Shown piece by piece: positions 26,331-39,617 of a stretch of 64,000 nucleotides of DNA. The first letter of the stretch is position 1; each line of letters starts with the position of its first letter. Source of the stretch: Lytechinus pictus. Its lineage: Eukaryota. The stretch covers positions 28,398,001 to 28,462,000 of the forward strand of contig NC_087245.1 of NCBI RefSeq assembly GCF_037042905.1, written 5' to 3'. A program made the position numbers and the translations under genes. A model generated the notes under the pieces. The model was not told the origin of the DNA. It searched no databases and worked only from the letters and a program-made list of their open reading frames with translations.

Positions 26331-26835
26331 TTTCCAACCTTAGTAGAACGGGAGTTAAACCAAGGTTTCATAACCATTGTTTTTATACTACTGTGAAACC
26401 ATGGTTACAACCATGGTTAAATTACTATGGTTTTTTTCACCAAAGTAGAACGATGATTTTGTCATGGTTTTATAACTATTGTTTTTTAACTTTCTTAAAA
26501 CTGTGGTATAATGATGGTTTTTATAACCATGGTTTTAAAATCGTCATAAAATGACATTTTTATCATGTTATTATAACTATGGTATTTTAACAATGGTATT
26601 ACCACACTTCCGCCACACATTTACCTTGGTTATGAATTTAAAACCATGGACTACCATCGATCCATTGTAAAACCGCCCCTAACCATGGTTATACCATGAT
26701 TACGGTTGTAAAACCATGGTTTTTTTTTATAAGGGGTATAACTGATACATGGTGTATTTATTTATCCATTACCATATTTGTTAATTCTAGATCAAATGAA
26801 TAATAATGAATGATGCTATATACAAGAATAAATGG

Positions 26836-27180
26836 ACATTAGACCAAGTGTGAATTAGACCAAATGAAAATTAGACCAAGTGACGATTAGCCCAAGTGGG
26901 CATTAGACCATTCGGCTATTAGACCAAGTGGTCATTAGACCATTCGGCTATTAGACCAAATGGTCATTAGACCATTTGGCTATTAGACCAAGTGGATATT
27001 AGACCAAGTGGAAATTAGACCAAACGGTCATTAGACCATATGACAATTAGACGAAATGAAAATTAGACCAGAAGTGGGAATTAGACGAATTGGATATTAG
27101 ACGAACTGGTTATAGTCGAAATGGATTTAGACTATGTGAAGTTGGACAAACTGATAAGTAGACCAAGTGGTATTAGACCA
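26836..27180. repeat. ~19-bp minisatellite with ATTAGACCA core
   Basis: More than a dozen degenerate ATTAGACCAA-N9 units. Confidence 0.85.
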
Positions 27181-27958
27181 CCTCCGCACACTTCCGCACG
27201 CACATAATTTCCTCAATAACATTAAGAGATAAAAACGCGTTAATTCTACACGATATGAGCCATGTAGGCCTATCTCTGGAAAATTAGGAGGAAAATTGAA
27301 GAAAAAAAAAGGGATTGAAATAATAGACAATCAATTACAATATTGCCTCTATCTTTAAGTATGCATACATTTTCCCAAATAAAACACATGGAACTAAGAT
27401 TGACAAAGGTAAACCAGGCACTGCTTTATTCAATTTATGTTAAACTTATTATGGCCTAGTTGACGGCGGAACACGGTAGGATGAAAGTAAAAAATATATA
27501 GAGAATGTTTTTCAGAGCACAATGAAGGTCACACGTTAGTGAATTCATTTACTATTCGTTGAGTGTCCATCTCTGATAGCATTATGATCTAACCAAAGAA
27601 TGAATGCGAGCTCGAAGCGCTTGCTTACTTTCAGTGCTATGCTTGTTGGATTTCCCCTTTATTCAATTCAACTTTTTGCTGGGAGAACTTGTCCTTTAAA
27701 AATCAAAACCCAATTAGGAATTTAAGTAGGCCAATTGATTTGTGAAATGAAATGTCATCTTCCTTAACATACATGCCGATCAAAAACAAAAATGTATAAA
27801 ATAGTAAGACATATAGGGCCTAAAAGTAGGGGGCATGTCAAGCCGCCAGGATCATGGAGAACCTTCAAAGTAAAAAAAAAAAACTAAATAAAAACTAGCT
27901 CTTCTATCTAAACAGACTCCGGGATTTCAGGCGTCTAAAGAGATCACAAAGCCAGAGC

Positions 27959-28548
27959 TTAAGGGGAATCCAGCCTTGGACATAAAATGTTGTGTTGGAA
28001 AGGAGAAAAATAAATTTAAGAGAATGGTGTAAGTTTGAAAGAAATCGGACAAGCAATAAGAAATTTATAGCTGCTTTGAAATTGAGATCACTAAGACAAT
28101 GTAGATTCAAATTGGCAACTGGGTTAGGAAATGATGACAAGGGGCAAGGACAACTTTCACATAGGCCATGTACTTAATAATCAGAGATTTGTGGTTTTCT
28201 CCTAAGTATCCATTCCCCTGAGGCAGTAATCTAAATGTAACACATGTAGTATATTGCTTTATGTCCTCATGAAAGAAAAATATAATTTGAAATAAAAACT
28301 TTCGGGGAAAAATGACATTTTAGCCATTTTATGTATTGGAGTACATGGAAGAGCAGTCCTTGCCTTACATCACTATGCAGTCAATTTGAAGTCTCCATGG
28401 GTATAGTGATTAACAATATTTACAACTTTTAAAAATTCATAACTTTCTTATTATTTGTCCGATATTGTTCAAACTTTCACCTATCAACTTGTCTGATATT
28501 TTTTTTCCTATAAAAACAAGTTTTTATTTGGGTTGGATTCCCCTTTAA
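27959..28548. mobile_element. TTAA-flanked MITE (Kolobok-like)
   Basis: TTAAGGGGAATCCAGCC ... GGTTGGATTCCCCTTTAA. Confidence 0.75.
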
Positions 28549-28803
28549 GGGAAGGTAAGGACAACTTCCTTGCCTCTATCTATCTGGCAAGGATAAGTAA
28601 GAAAGGCGAAATATCTTCACTGACATCAAATTATTCTTATAGCGAAAGTAATAAGTGCTCTTCGATGATTTACGTCCACAGACAGCTTTGTTTCATCCGC
28701 ATATTAACTCTTTCAAAAAATAAAAATAAATAAATAAATTATATGCATGTAGTGCTCATAATATGCACAAGCGGAAACTTGTGGACAGTAATTTGTCATT
28801 CGC

Positions 28804-29414
28804 TTAAAGGACAAGTCAACCCCAACAAAAAGTTGATTTGAACAAATAGAGAAAAATCCAAGAAGCATAACACTGAAAATTCTATCAAAATCGGATGTAA
28901 AATAGGAGAGTTATGACATTTTAAAGTTTTGCTAAATTTCGAAAAACAGTTACATGCACATCCTGGTCGGTATGCAAATGACGGAACTGATGACGTCACT
29001 CACTCACTATTTCTTTTGTATTCTATTATATAATATATAAAATATTTTAATTCTCTCCTCATTGGAAGGTGAAACAAGTTTTCTTCCTCCATGTACATGG
29101 GGAATTACAATTGTTCTAACATTTTATGGTTCAGTAAAGCTGGTCATTATTGTCAAATCTGTAAAAATGGAAATATTGTATAATTCAAACAATAAAAAAC
29201 AAAAGAAATAGTGAGTGAGGATCATCATTGACTCTCTCATATGCGTGTTGCCGAGTTGTGCACATAACTGTTTTGTGAAAAATAAGCGTAACTTTAAAAT
29301 GTCATAACTTTCTTACTTTACATCCGATTTTGATGAAATTTTCAACGTTATTCTTGTTTGATTTTTCTTTATTGATTAAAATCAACATTTTTCTGGGGTG
29401 GACTTGATCTTTAA
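28804..29414. mobile_element. TTAA-flanked MITE, AGGACAAGTC family
   Basis: TTAAAGGACAAGTCAACCCCA ... TGGGGTGGACTTGATCTTTAA with long internal inverted symmetry. Confidence 0.82.
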
Positions 29415-30251
29415 AAACAAAGGCTTGTTTGAAAAAGCTTTATGATATAAATCATTATAGGATTTTTTTTTCTAGACCTATAGGTCATATAGCTCCGCGG
29501 GTAGCCAAGAGGAAGTTTGGATTAGACAGTACAGACTTTGTATACATTGGGAAAGGAGAGAGAGTGGGGAAATATATCCATTGCAACCTCCACAGGTACA
29601 CGGGCCTTTTATTTCCGTGCCCCGGCCGCGCCCACTGATTCTGTACACCCCCCCCCCCCCCCCGCGCCGGCCGGCCCCCCAACGGTTGGCAAGGGACGCT
29701 TACGGTACCGGTTACGTTCAGTCTAATTCATCGGTATAACGTTGTTAGGATCCTACATTGATGGTGCATGTATTTGAAATTCATGATTTTACCGGTAAGT
29801 TTTACTGACAATCTCCTCCTTAACGTTACTTATGTAACGTTAGACCTAAATTGATCTTAACTTTCTAGTTTCTTGTGATGAATTTGTGCATGTATCGCTC
29901 AAAGCCAATGCCATGCCCATGGGCAGTCCTTGTTTATTGTCCCATGTATTGCAATTTGTGTAAGTAACTAAGTAAGGGAGCTCGAAGTTCGGTGAGCTGA
30001 GACTAGACCAAAAGCTTCGGTCTCTGTTATGTTGGTTGTTCAGCTGAACTCCGTTGGCTTCACTCACCAAATACAGAGACTGAAGTTCTAGCGCGATCTG
30101 TACAGGGGACTCAATGCCAATGGCCATATGTTTATGTAGGCCCTATATAAGTTCAGATAAAAAACAGGTAGGCCTAGGTGAAGTTGCGCGACAGCCGAGG
30201 AAAGTCACTGTTTTTGTTCCTTTTAACTTGATTTTCCCCGTTTTTTGGCAA

Positions 30252-31439
30252 TTAAAGGAAAATGAAAGGATAGATTTATTATCTGGTCATAAGCCAATCA
30301 CACTTCACTAATTAAAATAAAATTAAAATGAGGCAGAACGGTTTCCTATTTCCCATGATATGCCAAGTCAAAGTTATCAATATTTTGATATTCGAAAGAC
30401 CCGTGGAGGTCGCCATTTTGCTCATACTCCCCATATCTCCGTGGGGGGTTGTGACGTCAGCGACGTACAACTCAGTGTCCAACCCCGGCGAGCGCCTGTG
30501 ATTGCTAGCGTAAAACAATGCTGATCAGGATGGTATACTGTCAAGCGTATGGCTGCTGAAATCGGTCAGAAAAGGGGACAAAATGCAGCTAGCTTTTACC
30601 TAATTCACGATCCGCAGAAGCTGAGGCCAGAAATCTCTCTAAAATAAATTGGGTGGCTGCTGCTGACTGTGCGCCGACGTGCCTCTACTCTATACTACCT
30701 CTAAGTTAGCTCTGCTCGTTGAGCGATTTCTTCGGCCGAGTAGATCTATTTGTGGCTCGAAGTCGTAGGCTCTCGGCCTTCCATTTCAATACAAACGTCT
30801 GCGATATGTTTTGTTTTATTCAAAATCGACGGTAACAAATAATAAACAACGTTAGATATATAGAAATATAACACAATCAACAATTTCCCGATATTCAAAC
30901 GAGATAAATAACCAAACTTCCAACATAGCACGATCACTCGGTTCAGGGTACATGACGGTCCGTACAGTACGTACAAATTTAGCTTTGTCAAATTTGCCAA
31001 TTTGGATATCGTAAATAAATTTGAAAAAATTTTCATCAAAACTCATCAATTTGTGTTTTTACTCCATAAAATAATGTAAATAGCTTTTTAATATTATTTC
31101 TAAGTGTTTTATGTGTATATTTTATTTATTTTCTGGTAAAAAAAGTATCTATATTATGCAAACTTGGGGGCGGTTTCAGCCCGTATAGCTAGCTATGCGT
31201 TATGCACATGGAAGTACCGATACTACCGAGAGCAGTTGTACGTCGCTGACGTCACAATTTTGAACGAACCCCACAGCAATGGCGATCTCCATTCAGAGAC
31301 TTCGAACCTGAAGAAGCCCAACTTTGAAGAGGTGGTACTCGATACTGGGAAATCAGATTGGAGTATAAGTGGATTCATTTTTATTGTCATGTACAATGAT
31401 ATTATGTGGTATTCAATTTTGGGTTTCATTCTCCTTTAA
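30252..31439. mobile_element. TTAA-flanked non-autonomous element (Kolobok-like)
   Basis: TTAAAGGAAAATGAAA ... TTTCATTCTCCTTTAA; internal perfect 24-bp inverted repeat TTGTGACGTCAGCGACGTACAACT (30449) / AGTTGTACGTCGCTGACGTCACAA (about 31235). Confidence 0.7.
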
Positions 31440-33729
31440 TGCCAAGAAGGAATATTAATTTGCATTTCGGACGCGTTAATTTTCAAAAGTTTGATTCATT
31501 GAAGACAAAAATTGAAGAGCCCCGACAGGGGGATTTTGCATTGTAAGTCCCCTAATGGTGGCTGCACGATAGCGAGCCGTCTGTGTACGAGGAGAAATTA
31601 AAAAAATTCAAAATTCAAAAAACTCCTCGAAACAGACGGCTGCCAGCTGTCTTAGCTGAGACTTACTGAGAGTGAGATTATGAATTTGTGAAGGAACCTA
31701 ACAAGTGCAAGTTTGGTATCATTGGAAAGCCTGGAATGTGAGAAATAGAATGGTACTTAAATTCTGTATCGTAAAGATTGACAGTTATTATTCCATGTTG
31801 TTAGATTCAGTGTTGAGCATGATTGGTTAAAAAAAATAAGGGTCAACATTGAGGTGAAATTTTTTTTGTAGGTATTTCTATCAAGTTGCTTTTAAAATAA
31901 TCTTTGATATCTCAGGTTTCAAAGAACTTAGTTTCATGAAGATTGATGATTCCGAAAGTACTGGAATAGTCCATTTTATTCATGGGGGTGCTGTTACCTC
32001 TCATCACGGACGGACATTTTTACTCAAATTAAATTCACTCTAGTTTTATTGTTTTTAAAGTTACTCTAATTTGGTTTGGATGTTCTTGCACTCTGAACAT
32101 TACTCTATTATCAGACATAAAGTAGGAGAAAAAAAATATTGGGAAGTAATTTTTTTTTGTAGGTGTTAACATTTCCATTTTGAAATTTCCGTCCTTGAGA
32201 AAAAAAAAGATGAAAAGTTTTTTTATTCTTTATCAGAATAGAAATAAAAAATATAAAGGTGTAGAGGTATCTCACTAAACACTGTACATCATTTTATTTG
32301 AACATAGCTGAAATCCATACATTTTATCCATATCATAAACTCAATAGAAAATGATCACGGACGGACATTTATTTCATCGCAGACGGACAAAGTAAATTCA
32401 CTCAAATTCAATTCACTCCAGTTTTATTGTTTTCAAAAATATTCCAATTTGGTTTGGATGTTCTTGCAATCTTAACATTAATCTATCATCAAACATAAAT
32501 TAGTAGAAAAAAAATATAGGAAGTACATTTTTCTGGTAGATGTTAATTTCCGTCCGTGATGAAATTAATGTCCGTCAGTGATCAGTTTTTATGATATGGA
32601 TAATATGTATGGATTCAGCTTTTTATTCTTTATAAAAATAGAAACAAAAATAAAGTGTGTAAAAGTATCTCACTAGACACTGTACATCATTTTATTTGAA
32701 CATAGCTAAAATCCATACATTTTATGCATATAATAAATCAATAAATGATCACGGACGGACATTAATTTCATCATGGACGGATGAGTGAGCAATATAAGCG
32801 AATACAGCTAATACTGTGGAATGATCCATACTGTACATGTACATGCAAATGTGAAACTTTGCTGAGCAGATTATGAATTTAATTTTAGTTTGAATTTGCA
32901 GTGAAAAATGGCCCTAAGAATTATTCAGAACTCAAATGGATGGAAACCTACAACTCTTCAAAAAAATTTGTGGTATCTTTATATGTTATTGGGGCTAAAT
33001 TATTGTCAGGAAAAATTGTTAAACATAATTGGAATGCAGATAGAGTTGGAAAGCTACATGTATGCCAAAAAAAGCAGGAAACAAAATATGGCAAGAACAA
33101 GTCCAAAGCTGTAGATTTAATCTATTCAAGCTTGCAGAAAGTGATGGAAAAGAAGTACATTGTACTAGAATGCATAATCTGATAAGCAGAAAAATCATCA
33201 ATTTTTTCCATGTACAAACCTATGGATTCACAATGCTTCTAACCTAACATGACACCACGGTCTTGAGGCTTATGAAAAGTACAAGAATACCTTTTTTCGA
33301 AGTCCATTTTGGAGCTAATTTTAAGCTAATTGCTTATCTGGTAAACTGTTTATTTATAAAGCTTGCACTGCAGTGTTTTGAAGTATAATAAGCTTTTGAT
33401 TGGTATATGATTTATCAATTTCAATTTTAGATTCGGTCAAGGCCTAAATACATGAGGGCTGTTGATGTTACGGGATGTCTCCACATTAATATGGGCCAAA
33501 TATGAATTTGAAGAGAGCCTCTGACAAGTGTTGTGGTCAAACTTGATCCAACAAACAAGCATAAGGATCAGCAACCTGTGAATCTTTTGGATTTAGGTAT
33601 TAATGGACCTAAAAAACATCTTTGCTCTTGGAAAATTAATGCCCAAAAATGTATCAACATGATCATTGATCAACTTCTGTAGATGTTGATTTGGTACAGG
33701 TCTACTAGTATTCTATAATTTGAAAAGAC

Positions 33730-34745
33730 ATTTTCCCCGTTTTTTGGCAATTAAAGGAAAATGAAAGGATAGATTTATTATCTGGTCATAAGCCAATCAC
33801 ACTTCACTAATTAAAATAAAATTAAAATGAGGCAGAACGGTTTCCTATTTCCCATGATATGCCAAGTCAAAGTTATCAATATTTTGATATTCGAAAGACC
33901 CGTGGAGGTCGCCATTTTGCTCATACTCCCCATATCTCCGTGGGGGGTTGTGACGTCAGCGACGTACAACTCAGTGTCCAATCCCGGCGAGCGCCTGTGA
34001 TTGCTAGCGTAAAACAATGCTGATCAGGATGGTATACTGTCAAGCGTATGGCTGCTGAAATCGGTCAGAAAAGGGGACAAAATGCAGCTAGCTTTTACCT
34101 AATTCACGATCCGCAGAAGCTGAGGCCAGAAATCTCTCTAAAAAAAATTGGGTGGCTGCTGCTGACCGTGCGCCGACGTGCCTCTACTCTATACTACCTC
34201 TAAGTTAGCTCTGCTCGTTGAGCGATTTCTTCGGCCGAGTAGATCTATTTGTGGCTCGAAGTCGTAGGCTCTCGGCCTTCCATTTCAATACAAACGTCTG
34301 CGATATGTTTTGTTTTATTCAAAATCGATGGTAACAAATAATAAACAACGTTAGATATATAGAAATATAACACAATCAACAATTTCCCGATATTCAAACG
34401 AGATAAATAACCAAACTTCCAACATAGCACGATCACTCAGTCAGGGTACATGACGGTCCGTACAGTACGTACAAATTTAGCTTTGTCAAATTTGCCAATT
34501 TGGATATCGTAAATAAATTTGAAAAAATTTTCATCAAAACTCATCAATTTGTGTTTTTAATCCATAAAATAATGTAAATAGCTTTTTAATATTATTTCTA
34601 AGTGTTTTATGTGTATATTTTATTTATTTTCTGGTAAAAAAAGTATCTATATTATGCAAACTTGGGGGCGGTTTCAGCCCGTATAGCTAGCTATGCGTTA
34701 TGCACATGGAAGTACCGATACTACCGAGAGCAGTTGTACGTCGCT
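33730..34745 (+). repeat. Near-identical copy of 30231-31247, flanked by a 94-bp direct repeat
   Basis: Direct comparison; 33637-33730 equals 34745-34838. Confidence 0.92.
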
Positions 34746-36213
34746 AATGCCCAAAAATGTATCAACATGATCATTGATCAACTTCTGTAGATGTTGATTT
34801 GGTACAGGTCTACTAGTATTCTATAATTTGAAAAGACAGCGTGCATTAGGAAATTCTTTACATTTGATTTTGACAAGAACTGTGTTTAAAGCAATCATAT
34901 GTCTAGATGATATTGTGCGTCTTGCATAGAATCAAGTTGCTACAACTTAAATCAAGTTGTAGCAACTTGATTGTGCAACTTATACTGTTTAATCATATTA
35001 AATAATGTACAAATCATCAATACAATAACATTTGTTCCCCCAAAAAAGTAATAAGAACTTCTTACAAGGTACTTCCAATGTATTTTAATTGTGTCCGTCT
35101 GTGATGTCCATCCGAGATGTCCGTCCGTGATGGAAAATATTTGCAATTCTCTCAGAAGTTTGATATTGATTAAGAATTCAATATGCTGAACATAGAAGCT
35201 AACATACCTGAGTGTTAGTTGCATTAACAATTATTGGTCAATGTTAAGCTGTTTAGTACAAAATTCTGAAAACCTCATTTCTATCATGTCCATCCGTGAT
35301 ATGGCACATTTAGTGGATACCTATGTTTGGAGGTAACCATGGCAACAAACTTTTTTCATCATTCAGCATACTTTGTCCTACCCTTCACTATAAAACACAA
35401 AGGAACCTTGTTCATCTTATTCCTAATTTGCTACAAGCCTTCAAAATTGTCAAAATCTATCAAATGTCCGTCCGTGATGAACCGATCACGCTCTGTTTTG
35501 TTCTGCCTGTTTAAGTGTTTTTTACTTTAGATATCGCACGTCGTCAGATCATTCAGATGTACATGCGCGTAGGTAGACCTAGACTAGAACTCTATAGATC
35601 TCTAGTTACAAGTACAACAATCACATCAACTAAGTTAGCAACAAAATAAGTTGAATTTTGAGATCCATCTTCCTAAGTCTGGTATCATTGCCACCATTGG
35701 AAAGCCGAAAGTTCATTTCTAAAGATAGAGGTCTAACTGTTCAATTTTTTAAGTAAGTCTCAGTTTGCCATGATGAAGACTGACGTTCACCCCAAGAATC
35801 AGTCTCATTAAGATGAAAGAAACTTAGTGTATGAATCTCATTTTTGTCAAGATTCAAAACATCCTCATTGACATCTTTTTGGTAGGATTCAGGAATAAAT
35901 ATATATTTTTTTCTTTTTGTCATTTTCTGCAGGACCTGGGCCTCTGGAATAAGAAATGGAGATATAGACTACATGTAGCTATTTTAACAAAGACAAGGCA
36001 GAGTTCAACTTAGTGTTACCTCCTTTGTTTGCCCATACTAGATGTATTTTTGTTGAATGGCAGTGGTGTATTGATAAGGTACCTGCTTTCATACGCATGG
36101 CATGAACTGGCACTCTGTGATCAATCGATGATAAGTATGAAGTGAGAAATAGTTGCTGGAAGTATCACAGACATCTCAACAATTCAAGAATGTCCACCTA
36201 GGGGGAGATAACA

Positions 36214-36843
36214 ATGTCTGATTACTCTTTTCGTAACTCTAGCGATGGGCGTCAGTCCAGCCTGAGCGTACAGGGCGAGTCCATGGGCAGAGACACTTTG
36301 AATGAAAATGTGAAAAGATCCTACAGGTATCGCGTGGTATCAAATGATTCATCGGTGGACGAGACACTCTTCGGATCACACAGAGACAGGAGTAGGAAGA
36401 CACAGGGTGGATGGAGTGATAGTCCATCACAAAGAGCGTCCCCAAGTGGGACTAGGAAATCTCCCGCTATCAAGCCCACACTAACTGTGTCCCCTTCTAT
36501 GCCAAAGACAAAGAATAGGTACCGGATTGTCCAGCACACGCCGACTTACGTGGACCACTCGCTCTTTGGGGGGCCACTTGAGAAACCCTCTTTTGAGGCA
36601 CCTTGGACCGACAAGAAAGCTGATAGACGTCGGAACACGCCTCTCATGTGGGGGTCCCCAGTTCAGGGTAGCCTCGAATTTGAATCGACATCGAACTCGT
36701 CCATGGGTGGTGAGCGTCCTTTGTCATCCGTTGGAAGTCGGCCTGGGTCGGCCACAGGAGGTAGGTCGTCTGCTGGAAGCAGGCCTCAGTCTGCATCAGG
36801 GAGGCGCTCAGTAACACCTAGTAAACCACCTCCTTGGAAGTAA
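36214..36843 (+). CDS. RITA1: RBPJ-interacting and tubulin-associated protein 1 ortholog, 209 aa, single coding exon
   Basis: Motifs YRV...SSVDETLFGS, KNRYRIVQHTPTYVDHSLFG and C-terminal KPPPWK* correspond to RITA1 (YVDETLFGS, KNKYRPISHTPSYCDESLFG, KPPWK); polypyrimidine acceptor TTTTCTGCAG at 35932 suggests a spliced 5' UTR. Confidence 0.9.
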   Translation: MSDYSFRNSSDGRQSSLSVQGESMGRDTLNENVKRSYRYRVVSNDSSVDETLFGSHRDRSRKTQGGWSDSPSQRASPSGTRKSPAIKPTLTVSPSMPKTKNRYRIVQHTPTYVDHSLFGGPLEKPSFEAPWTDKKADRRRNTPLMWGSPVQGSLEFESTSNSSMGGERPLSSVGSRPGSATGGRSSAGSRPQSASGRRSVTPSKPPPWK

Positions 36844-37719
36844 CTGCATCAAGCTACAATAATGTGCAAATTGAGTAAACTCTTACAGTGTATGTACATG
36901 TATGTGTCTAATAGATCTTTTACATTTCTCAACCGCAAGTTTGAAATTTGATGAGAAATCTGAAATTTTCATTAGGATTTAGTATATGTTTATGATATGG
37001 AAATTCCGTGACATATTTTTAAAAATGAAACCTTGTTTTTTGTACATACAGGTACAGCTGTACCTAAATGTATTAACTTGCAGTTCTATATAAAATGCAC
37101 AAGTTGAAGAATCTAGTTCATGGTCCTTCAAAGAAGATGTAAAAGCATCAATCCCAGTAGATTAAAACTTAACCCTAAATAGACTGGGCTATTTCGATGC
37201 CTAAGAAGACTGAGGGGGGGGGGCTGTTTCAGCCCCGTCTTGTGATCTTGGCCGTCGATCGCGACGAAAATTGGCACGCGCATTACCCATGGCATAATCT
37301 ACAAAACTACAAGATTGAATTCTGCGAAAAACTCATTGCTAATCAATTATGCTAATTTATGCGTAAAATCAAAAGTTTGCTCTAATAAACTAAATAATGC
37401 CCCTAAAATGCTAATTTTTGGTACACAGACACTTTATGTGAATCTGATCGAATGTACTTTAAAGGAAAAGTCCACCCCAACCATTAGTTGATTGAATAAA
37501 AAGAGAAAAATCCAACAAGCATAACACTGAAAATTTCCTCAAAATCGGATGTAAAATAAGAAAGTTTTGACATTTTGAATGTTCGCTTAATTTCACAAAA
37601 CAGTTACATGCACATCCTGGTCGGTATGCAAATGAGGAGACTGATGACGTTATCCACTCACTATTTCTCTTGTTTTTCATAAATATAAAAGATAGATAGA
37701 TAGATAAATGGTTTATTAA

Positions 37720-38599
37720 TAACAAGTGGAACGCCTCTGGCAGTCTCGCCTGCATCAAGCTATTTAATATAGCAGCAGTGCTAACTTTGAAAACTACTAT
37801 AAAATAATCATTCACAAAAACACCATTCATATAATGACATAATACCACGTTCATTGACCATAGATGACATTTGAACGGTGACTTAAGACTTGTCAACTAC
37901 ACCCATGTCCACATTTCATTCACTCTATCCATAAACTTTCAAAGTTATGATGGCAATTCAACAATTACCCCAACATGGCCTAAGTTTATTGACCTTAAAT
38001 GACCTTTCACCATGGTCATGTGACCTGAAACTCGTACAGGATGTTCAGTGATACTCGATTACTCTTATGTACAAGTTTTATGAACAAGATCCATAAACCT
38101 TCAGAGTTAGGATGGTAATTTAACAAATACCCCCAACACGGCCAAAGTTCATTGACCTTAAATGACCATTGGCCATGGTTTTGTGACCTGAAACTCAAAG
38201 GGGATGTTCAGTGATACTTGATTACTCTTATATCCCAAGTTTTATGAAATAGATCCATAAACTTCAGAGTTAGGATGGTAATTCAACAAATACCCCCAAC
38301 ACGGCCAAAGTTCATTGACCTTAAATGACCTTTCACCATGGTCATGTGACCTGAAACTCAAAGGGGATGTTCAATGATACTTGATTACTCTTATATCCCA
38401 AGTTTCATGAAATAGATCCATAAACTTCAGAGTTAGGATGGTAATTCAACAAATACCCCCAACACGGCCAAAGTTCATTGACCTTAAATGACCTTTCACC
38501 ATGGTCATGTGACCTGAAACTCGTACAGGATGTTCAGTGATACTCGATTACTCTTATGTCCAAGTTTTATGAACTAGATCCATAAACTTTCAGAGTTCA
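37720..38599. mobile_element. Truncated Helentron-like element with ~121-bp internal tandem repeats
   Basis: Begins AACAAGTGGAACGCCTCTGGCAGTCTCGCCTGC; TGACCTGAAACTC units repeat across 37900-38597; cut at the junction with the Trf-flank copy. Confidence 0.5.
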
Positions 38600-39027
38600 G
38601 TGTGTGAAGTGCTACAGACAGAAGCTTGAAAGGAGAAAGAGGGACGAGCCAGAGAAGCCTAGAGAACTGAAGAGAGAGAGAGAGTGCGATATCAATAAAT
38701 AGACACATGAGAGATTGGGAGTAGAAAGATCATGAAGATAATTATATAGAGAGGAAGAGTGATGATTATATTAAAGAGTGAGAGAGAGATGGAAGGGAAA
38801 AGGATGGGGTTGTTACAATAGCAATATAAAGAGGTAAATTGTTACAGTATCTACCCCCATCCCCATCGTCCCAATGCTCAAGTGATCGGATCGACGGACA
38901 TATATTCCATTAAAACACATCTTAAAAACATGCTCATCCCCCTCATCCTGATTATTGTTGTTAGCAACGCCTCCATCATTTTTCTCCTCAATCAATCCCT
39001 TAGCCCCTGCTTGAGTTTAGGTTATCT

Positions 39028-39617
39028 TTTAAGAGATGGTCCAGGCTGAAAATATTTATATTTTAATAACTAGTGTAGAATTCACTGAGCAAAATGCCGA
39101 AAATTCAATCATAATCGGATAACAAATAATAAAGTTATTGAAGTTTAAAGTTTAGCAATATTTTGTGAAAACAGTCGTCATGAATATTCATTAGGAGGGC
39201 TGATGATGTCACACCTCCACTTTCCGTTTTCTTATGTTATTACATAAGATCTTATTTTTTTCATTATTTCATACTTGTGTGTATAATATGTCTCCCTTAT
39301 AATGAAATAAGTTGCAGCAATAAATATCTAATGCACTAAATCAGTTGTCAATCCAATTTTTCTAGTTCTTGGAGGAAAAAAACTGAATAAACCTAATTTC
39401 ATATAATAAAATACAAAAGAACAAGTGGGGATGCGACATCAACAGCCCACCTAATGAATATTCATGACGACTGTTTTCACAAAATATTGCTAAACTTTAA
39501 AATTAAATAACTTTGTTATTTTTTTTCCGATTTTTAAGAAATTTTCAGCATTTTGCTGAGTGAATTCTACTCTATTTATTAAGCTATAAATATTTTCAGC
39601 CTGGACCACCCCTTTAA
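39028..39617. mobile_element. TTAA-type MITE inserted in the duplicated flank
   Basis: TIRs ...GATGGTCCAGGCTGAAAATATTTAT / ATAAATATTTTCAGCCTGGACCA; empty site GTTATCTTTAAGTTATT in the paralogs near 4521 and 6407. Confidence 0.9.

Larger units (their letters stand above)
9067..26735 (-). mobile_element. 17.7-kb CMC/EnSpm-like DNA transposon with long subterminal tandem arrays
   Basis: TIRs CCCTTGTAAAAAAAAACCATGGTTT / AAACCATGGTTTTTTTTTATAAGGG (1 mismatch in 25 bp); 2-bp TSD GT at 9065-9066 and 26736-26737; AACCATGGTT-rich arrays at both ends. Confidence 0.72.

Noticed and set aside
31980..35480. Recurring TCACGGACGGACA motifs suggesting another TIR element
   Set aside because: I could not identify termini or a TSD, so boundaries and family are unsupported; the 93-aa ORF at 32901 has no recognisable domain.
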